Positions 14,250 to 27,345 of a stretch of DNA of 64,000 nucleotides are shown in pieces (the stretch's first letter is position 1; each line of letters begins with the position of its first letter). A program made the position numbers and the translations under genes. The notes below the pieces were generated by a model that had not been told where the DNA came from, did not search any database, and saw only the letters and a list, made by a program, of their open reading frames with translations. Source of the stretch: the human T2T-CHM13v2.0 reference genome, Homo sapiens; the NCBI RefSeq assembly GCF_009914755.1, contig NC_060925.1, one strand, 5' to 3'.

Positions 14250-15733
14250 CATTTCTAATTAATTTAATATTCTTCAATTACAAAAGTAATACATACTCAG
14301 TGTTTGCAATAAAAACCCTCAAACAATTCAGTCAGGTATAAAGTACAAATAAAAGGCCCCCTGTCCTATTCCCAGACCCACTTGGTTTTGAGTGTTTCCT
14401 TCTAGAAATATTAATACTACACACACAAACACATGCATACACTATACACGTATGTATTTTTAATAATCACATATAAAAACTGCTCTCCAACTTACTTTTC
14501 AAATGTCTTTTTAATTCACTTTTTAAATAAATAACAGTGCAAGGTATTTATTTAAAAGTGAATTTACCCTTTTTGGTGAACAGTTCTATGAGATTTGACT
14601 AACGTATATGGTCATGTAATCATCGCCACAATGAGGTTACAGGACAATCACAATTTACTTTTTTAAAATAAGTTTTATCTTGGACGTCTTTTCACTTTGG
14701 CATGAAGAAAGATACTTCTTTATTTTCAATGTTGTGTGACGTTCCATTGCATGGGATATACCAGAACTTATTTGCCAACCCCTACTGATGCCAACCCCGA
14801 CTGATTTGGATCGTTTCCAGATTTTTACATTTACAAACAATACTGCAACAAGTATACAGTACTTGCACATCGATATTTGCACTCTTGTGTATTTCCACAA
14901 GATTGAATTCCTGAAAGAGGAATTACCAGACCAAAGGGGCTTGCGCATTTTAATTGATAGCACATTGCTAGATTGTTCTCCCACAGCTGTGTACCCATTT
15001 ACATTAGCACTGACAGTCCATGACAGACTCTGTCTTTCCATTGACCACAGGGGTGCCATCAAACACTTAAATATTTGCCAATCTGCAAGATGGAAAAAAA
15101 TTACAAACTTGTTTTAATTTACATTGTTCAAATTTTTCGTGAGGCTGAGAATTTTTTCCTGGGTTTATTGGATACTTTTGCTATAAACGGCCTGCAAATG
15201 CCCTTAACACATTATTCTATTAAGTTAGTCTTTTACTCCCAGTGATTTATGAAAGCTTCTTGAAAATGATCTTTGTCATGACTATTGCAAATGTATTTCT
15301 CCATTTATCCCTTGCCTTTTGATGTCTGTTTGTACCAGCACAAGAATAGATAGATTAAATCAACAAAACAGAACAGAAAGTCCATAAATAAAACCAAACG
15401 TGCATGAAAGCTTTGTTGGGATAGAGGTAGGAAACTGATTAAACTGCCTGGATTCAAATGGAAAAACTGCATTCAATAAATTGTGAGATTCTTACCATTT
15501 GAAAAATCAAGAAAAAATCTGATTCCTTTCTCCTTACTCCAAAATAAATTTCATGTAAATCAAAGATTTAAACACACAAACAAACAAAAATGAAATCCCA
15601 AAAATTCTAGAATATTTTTTGAGTGAGAAAGACCTTTTAAGTATGACATATGGGAAGACATAAGGAAAAAAGATTGATAATTTTAACCATACACACAAAA
15701 CAGTTTAAACTTTATGGCAAAAAAAAAAAAAAA
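14250..15733 (-). mobile_element. Ancient L1M with an inverted 5' segment (~15333-15733 on +)
   Basis: Antisense 3' end/ORF2 tail up to ~15330, then the adjacent upstream ORF2 segment in sense orientation. Confidence 0.6.
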
Positions 15734-15944
15734 GTGGGTTTGGAATTATCCATGGTGTATGATTTTCCATGGCTTTCCATGGTTTGGGATTATGATTGTT
15801 GATGTTTCTCATGGATAATGGAGACTGGGTCATGCGTCCCTGAGTACTGGAGGGGCAGTGCCCAGGAGGAGCTGCTGTGCCCCAGGAAAGAGCTGGTGGG
15901 GTGGGGGTGGGGGAGCAGAAGGAAGGAGGGTCCAGCCACCAGGA

Positions 15945-16018
15945 GCTCTTCCTCCTCCTTCTCCTCCTCCTCCTCCTCCTCGTCCTCCTCCTCTTTCTCT
16001 TTCTCCTCTTCCATCCCT
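15945..16018 (+). repeat. (CCT)n-rich polypyrimidine tract at an exon acceptor
   Basis: Almost pure C/T for ~75 nt. Confidence 0.9.
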
Positions 16019-16020
16019 AG

Positions 16021-16198
16021 CCCTTGCTGAACAGTGGTCAGGACCTGAACCAGGGCCCCAAACTCCGTGGCCCAGGGGCCCGAAGGCCCTCTCTGCTGCC
16101 CCAAGGCTGCCAGCCCTTCCTGCCCTGGGGCCAGGAGACCCAGGCCTGGAGCCCTGTGAGAGAGCGGACTTCTGACAGCCGAAGCCCTGGAGATCTGG
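16021..16198 (+). CDS. VWA5B1: VWA5B1 coding exon (PLLNSGQDLNQG...SPGDL)
   Basis: ~75-nt (CCT)n-rich pyrimidine tract plus ccctag acceptor; G|gtaagt donor; 178 nt, phase 0-1. Confidence 0.9.
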
Positions 16199-16639
16199 GT
16201 AAGTGACCACAGGGTCCAGGACCCAACTGGGGACAGGGAGGAATCACTGGCTGTTGTTCAACTTCAGATGACAGGCCCAGAGGGCAGATGCCTGGGTCTG
16301 TCCCCTTGTGGTCTGCTGCGGCTCACCCCTCTCTGAGGACCTCACCAATCCCACGCTTCCCAGTCACCCTGGTTCTTGGGTGGCCTCTGAGGCTGCAGCT
16401 CCATTCTCTGTGCCCCTGTCCCACCCCATACTATCTGGCCCCCTCAGGCACTGGCTTCCTGGGAGGCGGATCTGTCCTCCCTTGGGGACAAGCCCATGCC
16501 CCCGCAGCTGTCCTAGGAAAGCAGTTGGAGTTGCCTGTTCCCTGGGGAGATGGAGTGGGTTGTACTTGCTTAGAAGTGTCTGCTCCCTGGGGAGGAATGA
16601 TGTCCCCTGGGAGTTGGCCGTCTGTCCCCCAGGTCAGCG

Positions 16640-17480
16640 CTTGGCCCACTTGTCCCTCTGCCCGCAGAGCCGTCCCACCATCCCTCTGCCTTCGAGACAG
16701 AGACGTCCTCGGACTGGGACCCCCCAGCCGAGTCCCAGGAGCGAGCCAGTCCCAGCAGGCCCGCCACCCCGGCCCCGGTGCTGGGCAAGGCCCTGGTCAA
16801 AGGCCTGCACGACAGCCAACGCCTGCAGTGGGAGGTGAGCTTCGAGCTGGGGACCCCTGGACCGGAGCGGGGCGGCGCGCAGGATGCCGACCTATGGAGC
16901 GAGACCTTCCACCACCTGGCGGCCCGCGCCATCATCCGCGACTTCGAGCAGCTGGCGGAGCGCGAGGGCGAGATCGAGCAGGGTGAGCGCCACGGAACTG
17001 CGCCCCTCCCGCGGACGGCCTCCGGAGGACAGCCCCGCTCCACAGCCGCTCCCCCTTCCCCACCCGCCCCCGGTGATCCTCTCAGCCCCGCGTGGTCCGC
17101 CCACCTGCTTCCCGGGTCCTACCCCACCCCCTCCTCACAGCCCCGCCCAATTCCCCGCCTACTCTCCCTATGACCCGCCCACCTCTTCCCCTTCCAGGCC
17201 CCACTCTCGCCCCATCCCCTCATTACAACTGTGCCTAGTGCCCCGCACACCCCACCCCTCCATGGCCCGCCCACCCCGCCACTCCCCGCCATAGCCCGTC
17301 CCCACCTCCATGGTCAGCCCACCTCCTTCCCTGACCCAGCCCCCACCCTGTGCCTGTCCACTTCCCCCAGGACCCGCCCCCCCTCTCCCGTCGGCCTCCA
17401 GGACCCGCCCCCTCCGCACAGCCCCGCCCACTGCCCGCCCACTCGCCTCTCCGGCCTCCAGGCTCCGCCCCCTCCCCATT
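16640..17480. promoter_or_regulatory. Intragenic CpG island with many GC-boxes
   Basis: High CpG density over the exon and proximal intron; repeated CCGCC(C). Confidence 0.7.
16668..16982 (+). CDS. VWA5B1: VWA5B1 coding exon (EPSHHPSAF...TFHHLAARAIIRDFEQ...EIEQ)
   Basis: cccgcag acceptor, G|gtgagc donor, 315 nt, phase 1-1; CpG-rich. Confidence 0.91.
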
Positions 17481-19044
17481 CTGCTCAGTGCCTGGGCTCA
17501 TTCCCTACCCCCACTCCAGGATCAGCCCTTCATCTCTGGCTTCAGCCCCCTTCATCTCCCCACAGCCCCGCCACGGCTCACTGCTCCCCCACTCCACCTC
17601 ACACCACAGCCTTCAGGTGCCTCCCCTCATTCCCAATCGCCCTTCCCCTCACACCCGTCCACCCACCAACACACGCATAGCCCAGGGCTCCATTCCATTC
17701 CCGCCAAGATCCACCCTCTTCCCCCTGCCTCCGAGTAAGTGGTCCTCTCCCCCAGCCCTGGGCTCTTCCACCCCCATTCAGTGACCCGTCCTCTTCTCTC
17801 CTGCCTCATTTCTCTCTCTTATGGGCGCCCCATTTCCCAGTGCTTCTCCCCTGCAGCGGCCCCTGTCTCTCCAGAGACAGAACAATGGTGACAGCCCACA
17901 CCTTCCTCCAAGTCCCCCAGTCCAAGGGCTCCACGCACTCATTCATCACGCCATTATTTACTGTGGATCTGCTGGGGGCCAGGCTCCCACTGGGCCCGGT
18001 AAACCAGCTGAACAGCCCAGTGAAAAAGCAATCTCCATCCCTTCCTTACCCATGAGTGCTTGACAAACTAGCAGGGAAGCCAGCATTAATCAAATCATTA
18101 CACAAATAATTAATTGAGTGCATTTGTCCTAAGTGCTATTAAGAAAAAAGACAGGGATCCAAGAGATTGTATAACAGGGACGGTGGGGGAGCTAATTTAG
18201 TCCAGGAATTGGGGCAGACTTTACTGAGAAAGTGACTGGTGGGATCTTGATGGAACACACTTGGAGAATATAAATATAAATAGAGAACGGTTATATCATT
18301 TCTTTGTCGTGGGTTTTGCTTTATTTCTGTAATAATATTATTTTGTTTATATTTTACTTGTATTTTTGTATTGTACGTGTTACTTTTTTTCTTCCCATGA
18401 GCTCCTCACCTTACAGTTCACGAAGCACTTTTCTACCCTCTCTCTCCTTGGCTCCTCATACAGCCTTCTGCAGGCTGCAAGCCACGGAGACTGCTCACCT
18501 GTTCAAAGGAAAGGGATTGGGCTCTGGGGTCAGACCATCCTGAGTCGTGATCTCAGATCCGTTCCTAACTTGCTGTGTGACCCTCAGCTCACCACTCTCC
18601 TCTGATTTGCAATGTCCTCAGCAGTTAAATGGGTCAGATAAGTGGTCCCCACCCACCAGCCAGGGCACCTGTGAAGTTTTACGGCAACGTTCCCATTAGA
18701 CATCTGCAAAATTAAAGTACAAAATACAGACAACATAGTGGGTTGGGTGTTTTTAAAAATAAAACTACAGTTATTTAAAGGAAGTAGCTGTCTTTTATTC
18801 TGAGACAATGTCTTACATTTTTACATTAAAATATCCTTTATTTTGTGAAATGATGACGTGAAATGATGGTGTTGTTTTAAAAAATGTCTTTAGTTAGCAA
18901 GTTGGCAAGCCCTTGATTTTAAAGGCTTCTTTAATCCCAAAGATGGGGACCACTTAGGTAGAGCCCCCTTTTTAGCTTCCAAAGCTTGTGTGTCAGGGAA
19001 GACTTTCTGAGTCCAAACAGTGACCCCAGTTTCTCCCTCCACAG

Positions 19045-19182
19045 GGTCCAACCGCCGCTACCAAGTGAGCGCCTTGCACACCAGCAAGGCCTGCAACATC
19101 ATTAGCAAATACACAGCCTTCGTGCCTGTGGACGTGAGCAAGAGCCGGTACCTGCCCACCGTGGTGGAGTACCCCAACTCTG
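19045..19182 (+). CDS. VWA5B1: VWA5B1 coding exon (GSNRRYQV...IISKYTAFVPVD...YPNS)
   Basis: tccacag acceptor, G|gtaagg donor, 138 nt, phase 1-1; SKYTAFV motif typical of VIT/vWA proteins. Confidence 0.92.
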
Positions 19183-19419
19183 GTAAGGCAGGCGAGCGGC
19201 CGGGGGCACTCCTGGGGGCCAAGCAGCCCCTGTGGACTAGGGGAGGGGGCTGAGATACAAAGGACCACAGACCAGCAGGGAGCGGGGTGAGACAGGGCCT
19301 AGAAGCAGAAAGGCCCCCAGTGGATGATTTGGCTGCTAGGGGGTGGGCGCCCCTGGGGCCTCATCCCACTGCTCTGCAGAGGCCGTTAAATCACCCCACT
19401 CCCTTTTCTCCACCAGGTG

Positions 19420-20400
19420 AAAATGATTTTATTGTATTTCTTCAACCGGGACAATATGTGCTCATTATAGAAAATTCTAAACTATAGAAAGATATAAAAT
19501 GTAAAAAATAACTAAGACCAACAGTCATCCAGGAGTGTATACTAGTCACCCACTTGGTGTGACCATCCTTCCAGACTTCTCTCTATGGATATCAGCATGT
19601 AGAGAAATCAAAAGACAGATCATTTTACATGAATTGGATTATCCTAATATGTGCTATATTTTACAAAATATGGGCGTGGAAAGTGCCACTCCATGAAATG
19701 AATCTATATCATTTTAATAGCATATTCCTCTGCAGGGAGCTGTCATCCTCAGAATAGCCAATTAGTGTTCCAAAGCACTTTGTATATATTTTCAATCCTT
19801 TAATCCTCAAAAACAGCTCTACAAAGTAGACGCTATTATTATCCCCATTTTATAGATGGAAAACAGAGGCAGAAGGAGCTGAGTTACTTTCCTGAGGTCA
19901 CACAGCCGTGATGGGCTGGAGCCAGGCTTTACATTTATTGCCCTGGCTCTGGATTATGCATTTTCTTCCACTCCTTTCTACTGTCTCTGAAAATTTATTG
20001 CAATTTTTAAAATCTATTTAGACCTTTATTTTATTCCCCATTTGGTTATTGTAAATTATACCTTAAAGAACATCTTTGTGCATCTGTCTGGTTATCTCCT
20101 CAGGGTTAATTAATTCTTAGAAGTAGGATTGCAATGTCAAGGGGATGCCCATTTAAAATTGTGATGTATGTTACCAAACTGCCCCCTTACCATCCCACAG
20201 GTTATTCAAATCTCCATCCTCTCCAACACTGAATATTGTTTATCTTTCTAAACTCTGCCAGTCTGATAGGTGAGAAGAGAATCTCTCTTTTGTCATTTTT
20301 TAATTGTGAGATGCTTGTCATGTTTATGAACTATTTGTGCTTTTTTTGTTTCAAATTACATTTTCCTGTCCTTTATGGTCACCCCTCCCCTGCTTTTTAT
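19420..20400 (-). mobile_element. L1ME-like fragments interrupted by a MIR (~19750-19960)
   Basis: Antisense L1M 3' features; MIR core attatccccattttatagatggaaaacagaggc. Confidence 0.5.
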
Positions 20401-20690
20401 TAGCAGACGTCCAGAAAGAATTGTGTTTGGAAATAAAATATGCCCTTCCTAATTCCACCTGTCCCCCTTTTCTTATCTGTGGTACCAAAGTGATCAACCC
20501 TTCTCAACTGTTGTCATTTCAGGCAATGGAGTGGCCATTTAATCAGGCTGTTCGCTTATTCATGTTGCAGGGATGAGCGTCCCTCCCACCTGTCTATGAC
20601 CAGCCTGCTAGCATCTGTAGCCACAGCCTAGGAAGTTAGGGACCTGGCCCATATCTTAACCAAAGTCCCAAAGCCCCCTAAGATCTAGAT

Positions 20691-21010
20691 CAGCACTTCC
20701 CCAAGTGTGTTCCAAGAAACTAGAGCTCTAGTCTCATGTCCTATGAATAGCCATCCAGCATAAAAATAGAAAATACCAGATTAGGAAATACATTTAAGAA
20801 CCACTGGATTAGATAAAGTTCAAAAGCTTTCTTTACTGCAGAACTTCTCAGAGCATTTTGTATGTTAATATACATCAAGAGGCTCAGAGAATGGGCTACA
20901 GTATGCAGCTTCTCCAAAACTTGTTTCCCAACACAACTCTAATTTTTAAGGAAAAACTTACAGACTAGTGCTCTCTGAGAGTGGGGTTCCCTAAAGCATA
21001 CTTTAGGGTG
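20691..21010. mobile_element. hAT-Charlie-type MITE (subfamily uncertain)
   Basis: cagcacttccccaagtgtgttcc...tttactgcagaacttctcagagc...; similar copy at 45794-46350. Confidence 0.55.
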
Positions 21011-21020
21011 CTATAACTTC

Positions 21021-21351
21021 TTTCTTCTTCTTCTTTTTTTTTTTCTTTGAGAGAGTCTTGCTCTGTTGCTCAGGTTAGAGTGCAGTGACACAATCACAGC
21101 TCACTGCAATCTCTAACTCTTGGACTCAAGTGATCCTCTCACCTCAGCCTTCCCAGTAGGTGGGACTACAGGCACGCACTACCACACCCAGCTAATTTTT
21201 TATTTTTATTTTTTATTTTTTTATTTTTTTTGGTAGAGATAGGGCCTCGCTATGTTACCCAGGCTGGTCTTGAACTCCTGAGCTCAAGTGATCCTCCCAT
21301 CTCAGCCTCCTGAAGTGCTAACATTACAGACATGAACCACCCTGCCCAGCC
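21021..21351 (-). mobile_element. AluJo-like
   Basis: TSD agggtgct(a/g)taacttc at 21005 and 21353. Confidence 0.92.
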
Positions 21352-21833
21352 CAGGGTGCTGTAACTTCATCTCTTTTCCATCCAACCCCTCTTGGTGATG
21401 CCCTGGGATTTCAGGGGCCTGCCCTGTGGGAGGGGTACTTGGGACATGGATCTCTGAGACAGTAAACAGAGAGAAGAACAGAATGTTCCTGAAAAAACTG
21501 GCCTTTTAACTTCCTGGAAAACATTGTGCCTTCTTGAACATTCTCTCAGCAATAGTATCTACCCAGCAAGCTAGATATTATTATCCCCGTTTTCTAGATA
21601 AGGAGACTATGGCTCAGTGGGGTCCGCACCCATCCAACTGGAAAGAGATGGGGCTGGGGCTCAAACCTGGGTCTTTCTGACTCTAAAGCTTATGGTCTTA
21701 CCCTGTACAACACCTTCCTGCCTTTGGATAATTGAAAGATTGAAGCCAGAATCATTCCTGTCAGCTCTGGGGGAAAGGCAAAGGACTGGCACATTTGTAC
21801 CCAACCACCCGCTTCCCCTTGTCTTCCGCGAAG

Positions 21834-21947
21834 GAGCTGCCCTGCGTATGCTTGGCTCTCGGGCCCTGGCCCAACAGTGGAGGGGCACCTCTTCTGGCTT
21901 TGGAAGGCCGCAGACGATGCTTGGAGAAGATTCGGCACCAGGAAATG
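21834..21947 (+). CDS. VWA5B1: VWA5B1 coding exon (GAALRMLGSR...APGN); alternative start 21837 and alternative end 21965
   Basis: AAG-GAG tandem acceptor; donors G|gtaaat (21947) and A|gtaaga (21965); all combinations are phase 1-1. Confidence 0.85.
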
Positions 21948-22916
21948 GTAAATTTCAGGCCCTAAGTAAGAGCCACCCTGGGCACTTTCGGAAGCCTGGG
22001 CCCCTGAGGTTACCGCGTCCTCCTGTCCGAGGCCCTAGGACCACTCTCTGAGTCTGCACTGTGGGCTTAGGCAGGCCCAAGGCAAAGCCAGTCCTCCCAG
22101 GCTCTCTGAAGCCTAAGAGGGACAGAGAGGCTCGGTATGGCCGGAGCGCACCACCACTGACACAGTTCTCTCTTTGCCAGGGAGCGGCACCACCTCCCTG
22201 CCGGCACCTCTCCCCTTCTGAGGTCTGCTGACCCTGGTGCTGTTCCCTGCCTCCAGCCTCTGAGTCCTCCCAGGCACCAACTGCCAGGAAACCTAATAAA
22301 CAAGGGAAAAAGCGAAGAGCGAAGAGGCAGTCCCATCTGTTTGGGTCCCACCATCTGTTTCTTTCAGGATTCCCAACAGCCTCCTTTGAGCCTTCACCTG
22401 GTTTCATTGTGCCTGCAGCTTGGCTCCTTGAAGAGCTGGGATTTGACCTTTTTGTGACCTTGCACTAGTTCCCAGGATGGCTTTAACCCTCTGTGTCCTG
22501 CATGGATGTGTGTCTTTCTGTCTCTCTAAAGACAGCCTAACTGCTGCACTCATCCTAACCCCTTTCTAGGTTCCCTCACGTGCACAGGGAGGATCTCCTG
22601 CCTTTTGCTGTGCAGGAGGAAGACATCAGAGGTCCCGCCTGGCCACTAGCCCAGCCACCCAGACCATAAGGATTTTTTTATTCCAGGTCCTAGAAAGTGC
22701 TCACAGACATTGATGGGTTTTAAAACAAAAACAGAAACAGAACACAGTGTGAGGGGGTGGAAACCCAGAGGAGCTCTTCAGAATCAAAGTGTTCTCTCAA
22801 CTTCTTGGTCCCATTGGCCTCCAAAACCCAGGAGAACCAGCTCCACCCCTGAGCCAAGCTGAACTTCCAGTCTTCAGGAAATTGCTGGTCTGTACCTTCC
22901 TTTCTCCGAAGCTTAG

Positions 22917-23270
<354 letters not shown>

Positions 23271-23744
23271 ACAAATCCCTCCCTTGAAATTGTTCTCTGA
23301 TTCATGCCCACATTCCTGACTTTTTTTTTTTTTTTTTTTTTTGAGACAGGGCCCGTAGTCCAGGGCTTTACTAAGCACTTAGCAATGGACTAAGCACTAT
23401 CTGCGTATTATCTCATTTCATCTTTACAACACTGTGAGATAGATAATATTATCCCCAATTTGCAATCAAAATGTATAAAGTAATTTTGCCAAGTCCCCAC
23501 AGCTGGTCAGTGGTGGTGGTAGTGGTGGCGGGGGTCAGGATTTGAACCCAGGCCTGTCTAACCTTATGGTGGGGCAACGGTTATATCTGTGAAAGATGAA
23601 GGCCCATCCGAGCAGGGGTGGAAACCCTAGCCTTGTTCCCCAACCCACCTGCAGACACCGTGAATTAGACCATTGCTCTCCTGAGGGGATGGGAGGCGAG
23701 GAAGGGAGGGGAGAGGTCCAGCCTCACTGGCTCCTCTGTCCTAG

Positions 23745-23819
23745 ACATGGAGGCAAGTCCCACTGCTCTCTTCAGCGAGGCCAGGTCCCCCGGCCGCGAG
23801 AAGCACGGTGCTTCTGAAG
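23745..23819 (+). CDS. VWA5B1: VWA5B1 coding exon (MEASPTALFSEARSPGREKHGASE)
   Basis: gtcctag acceptor, G|gtgagt donor, 75 nt, phase 1-1. Confidence 0.88.
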
Positions 23820-24445
23820 GTGAGTGGGCAGGTGGCGCTGCCTCTTCATCAAGATGGTGACAGGGATTGGTCCTGGGGTCAGGAGAGTATCTTAGCACCG
23901 ACAAAGTCCTCAGGGCTTCATGGAGTCCTCAAAGCAGCCGTCTGCATGGGGAATAGGATTATCCCCAATTGAAAGATGAGGAACAGGTGCAAAGAGGTGA
24001 AGTGACTTGCCCAAGGTCACAGAGTACTCTGGTGACAGAGCTGGGCCTGGATCAGGCCTCCTAGTTCCCCGCTGAGGGACCATTTTTGCCACTCCGCTCT
24101 GCCTAGAGTCCTCTAGCAACGTGCCAAGGAGGTCAACTCAGTGTCCCCATTTAGGAATGAGCAGGGCTAAGTGAAGCTGTCACTGTCCCCACAAGTAACT
24201 TTCCAGAAGATCCCAGGGGCTGCCGGCCAAGGAATCTTAGAGGCCAGCTTTTTACAGGCAGACATCTCATCCCACCCTACACCAACTGGAGCGGAAGGAG
24301 CTCCACAGCCTAATGGTTAGCTCGAGTCCCTAGGAACTTAGCTAAGCACCTGCCCCTCTCTAGGCCTCTGTTCCCCCAGTTGGTCAGTGAGCAGTTGGAC
24401 GGGGTCATCTTCAGGTCTCAACTTGGTCATTCTGTGGCTCTCCAG

Positions 24446-24515
24446 GTCCCCAGCGCAGCCTGGCTACAAATACTCTTTCTTCCATGAAGGCCTCAGAGAA
24501 TCTCTTTGGATCCTG
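24446..24515 (+). CDS. VWA5B1: VWA5B1 coding exon (GPQRSLATNTLSSMKASENLFGSW)
   Basis: ctctccag acceptor, TG|gtaggt donor, 70 nt, phase 1-2. Confidence 0.88.
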
Positions 24516-24825
24516 GTAGGTGGGATTTCCAATAAAGGTACACTCTCCTGCCACCCATTTTCCTGGGGTGGTCCCTGGGGTTTTCCCTGACTTGGAAGGC
24601 CAAAGACAGGTTCAGCCTGACATTTAGGCAGGTGTCGTAAAGAAGGCACTCCTGCCCAGAGCAATCACTGTCTCCCAGGTCTCACCCTACCTCAAATCCC
24701 CCACTTTACTTTATCTCCCACACTTCCAAGATCTCTTTCCAAATGCAAGTATGCATGGGAGGGCTGACATAAAACTCTTCTGACCACTGGACTGGACAAG
24801 AATGTGATAGTAAAAGAGGGTCACA

Positions 24826-25406
<581 letters not shown>

Positions 25407-25643
25407 AAAAGAGGGTCATCAGGAGAACACTAACCTCTTCCTAGTCCCAGCTGCTGCTAACTCATTGAGTGACTTGGAGCAGTTGCTTCGAGCCCATGTT
25501 TCCAGGCTTCTGCTTCCTTAGCTATCAGATAAGGAGGCTGGAGGGAGCCATCTATTGCATTCCTTCTGACCCTGACTTTCAGGGGCTTCTGGGTGGGCAC
25601 TGGAGGTTGGGATGCCCAGGGCCACCTGACTTCACCTGCACAG

Positions 25644-25761
25644 GCTAAATCTCAACAAGTCCAGGCTACTGACGCGAGCAGCCAAGGGCTTCCTGAGCAA
25701 GCCACTGATCAAAGCTGTGGAGTCGACCTCCGGGAACCAGAGCTTCGACTACATACCTCTG
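25644..25761 (+). CDS. VWA5B1: VWA5B1 coding exon (LNLNKSRLLTRAAKGF...FDYIPL)
   Basis: gcacag acceptor, CTG|gtgagt donor, 118 nt, phase 2-0. Confidence 0.9.
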
Positions 25762-26424
25762 GTGAGTGCCCTGACCCCAGGTGTCAGTCTCCCTCCGCTC
25801 CACTCAGCAGCAGGGCCTTCCTGTGATCCCCCTGCCCACCTCTCCACTTCCTCAAAGAGAAGAAGGCTTTGGTCTTAGAGCTCAGATCCCCTGAGTTTTG
25901 AGGTTTCCTAGAGCTTCCCACCCAAGTAGTTAGCAGGGCAGAGGGAGTTTGCATGAATCTCCCCTGCCCAGAGGCCTAGGGATATTGCTAGAAGCCAGCA
26001 CCAGCATCACGAAAATTCTTTGCAATCTGCTATCTTTGCCTTAAAAATTCGTGGGAATTTTGCATTCTACTCCACGCATCTATGTGTATCTGTTTTTCAG
26101 TACATAAAAATAAGCTTTGAAATGACTCACAAGTGAGTAAAATTAACATCCCAGGGACATGGACTGTGTTTAGCAACTGGGTCTGCAGACACCTCAGCAT
26201 GCTGTAGCAGGGTGAGAGACTCAGGTCTGGAGTGGGCTTCTCTGAATTAAGGAGCAAGGGAGACTGGCCCTGCCACATCTGGGGCCCCTCAGGGCTTGGG
26301 AAACAGAGGATGCTCAAAGGAGGAGCACAGTTTGAGCATCACTGCATACCTCTTCTGTCCCTCCATACCCAAGTGCATAATATTCTGAATTTCCAAATAT
26401 CCAGGGCAACTGAGCACTAGGCAT

Positions 26425-27250
26425 GTTTTTACTCAACAAGTATTTATTGAGTTAGGCCCAGTGCTAGACCCTGGAGAGACAACATTGAACTAGACAAACA
26501 TAGTTTCTGCACTTATGGTGCTAAGTATCTAGTAGGATTCAGACAAGGAACCAGGCAATTCTAACCCTTGGGAGTGGCAATGGGAGAGGTCTGGTTTGGT
26601 TGGGGAGTACAGGGGGTGGACATCTAGACCAGGCTTGAGATGTGGGGAGCAGACCCAAGCATGACTTCTTGGAGAAGGTCAAGGCTAAGCCAAGACTTGC
26701 AGGATGAGGAGATATGGCCAAAGGCCTCCAGAGGAGAGACAGAGCTTGGCAGCTGGGGAATGGAGTTGGAGAGGGTAAGAGTCAACGATTAGGTGGTGCA
26801 GAGCTTTATTGATCATATTTTGGACTTAGTCTATGAGACACTGAAGTCATTGAACTGAGCCTCCAAAAAGTGTGTGATCTATGCCTCTTAGAGATCCCTC
26901 TGTATGTAGGACAGATGGATTGGGGGTGGGGAGAGGGGAGGAAAGAGGAGGCAGGAATAACATGAGGAAGCACGTGATGGATTGCAGAGCGATTTAGAAA
27001 GTAGACCTGTTGAGACTCGGAAACTGATGGTTACACAGGGAGAAAGAGGAAGGTGAGCTGCTAGAGTTCCCTGCATTGCAGGGGACATTCCCAGTGGCTG
27101 AGGTGAGGCCACCCACCTAGGACAAGAGGCAAATATGGAGTGAAGATGTTGACTTCGGCTTGGAGAATGATCTGTTTGAAGTGTCTGCAGGATAAAGGAT
27201 AGAGATGCTCAATTGACCTGGGTATCCTGAAAATCCCCCAGGCAGGCAGG
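26425..27250 (-). mobile_element. L2 fragments
   Basis: actcaacaagtatttattgag is the antisense L2 3' end. Confidence 0.6.
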
Positions 27251-27345
27251 GTGGGGTGGGCAACATGGATCCAGACTTTTGCATGGCCTATGGCTCCCTG
27301 GGCTAAAACATTTGAGGCCCACTGAAGGGCTTCCCCCACACACAG

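Noticed and set aside
14534-14544. CAGTGC in a hairpin loop resembling an iron-responsive element
   Set aside because: The five bases flanking CAGUGN do not pair, there is no bulged C, and the site is intronic
16631-16667. Upstream AG acceptor at 16631-16632
   Set aside because: Adds 35 nt and shifts frame; nothing in the sequence supports its use
16288-17784. Overlapping long ORFs around exon 16668-16982
   Set aside because: Alternative frames of a GC-rich exon and C-rich intron; only the spliced frame matches VWA5B1
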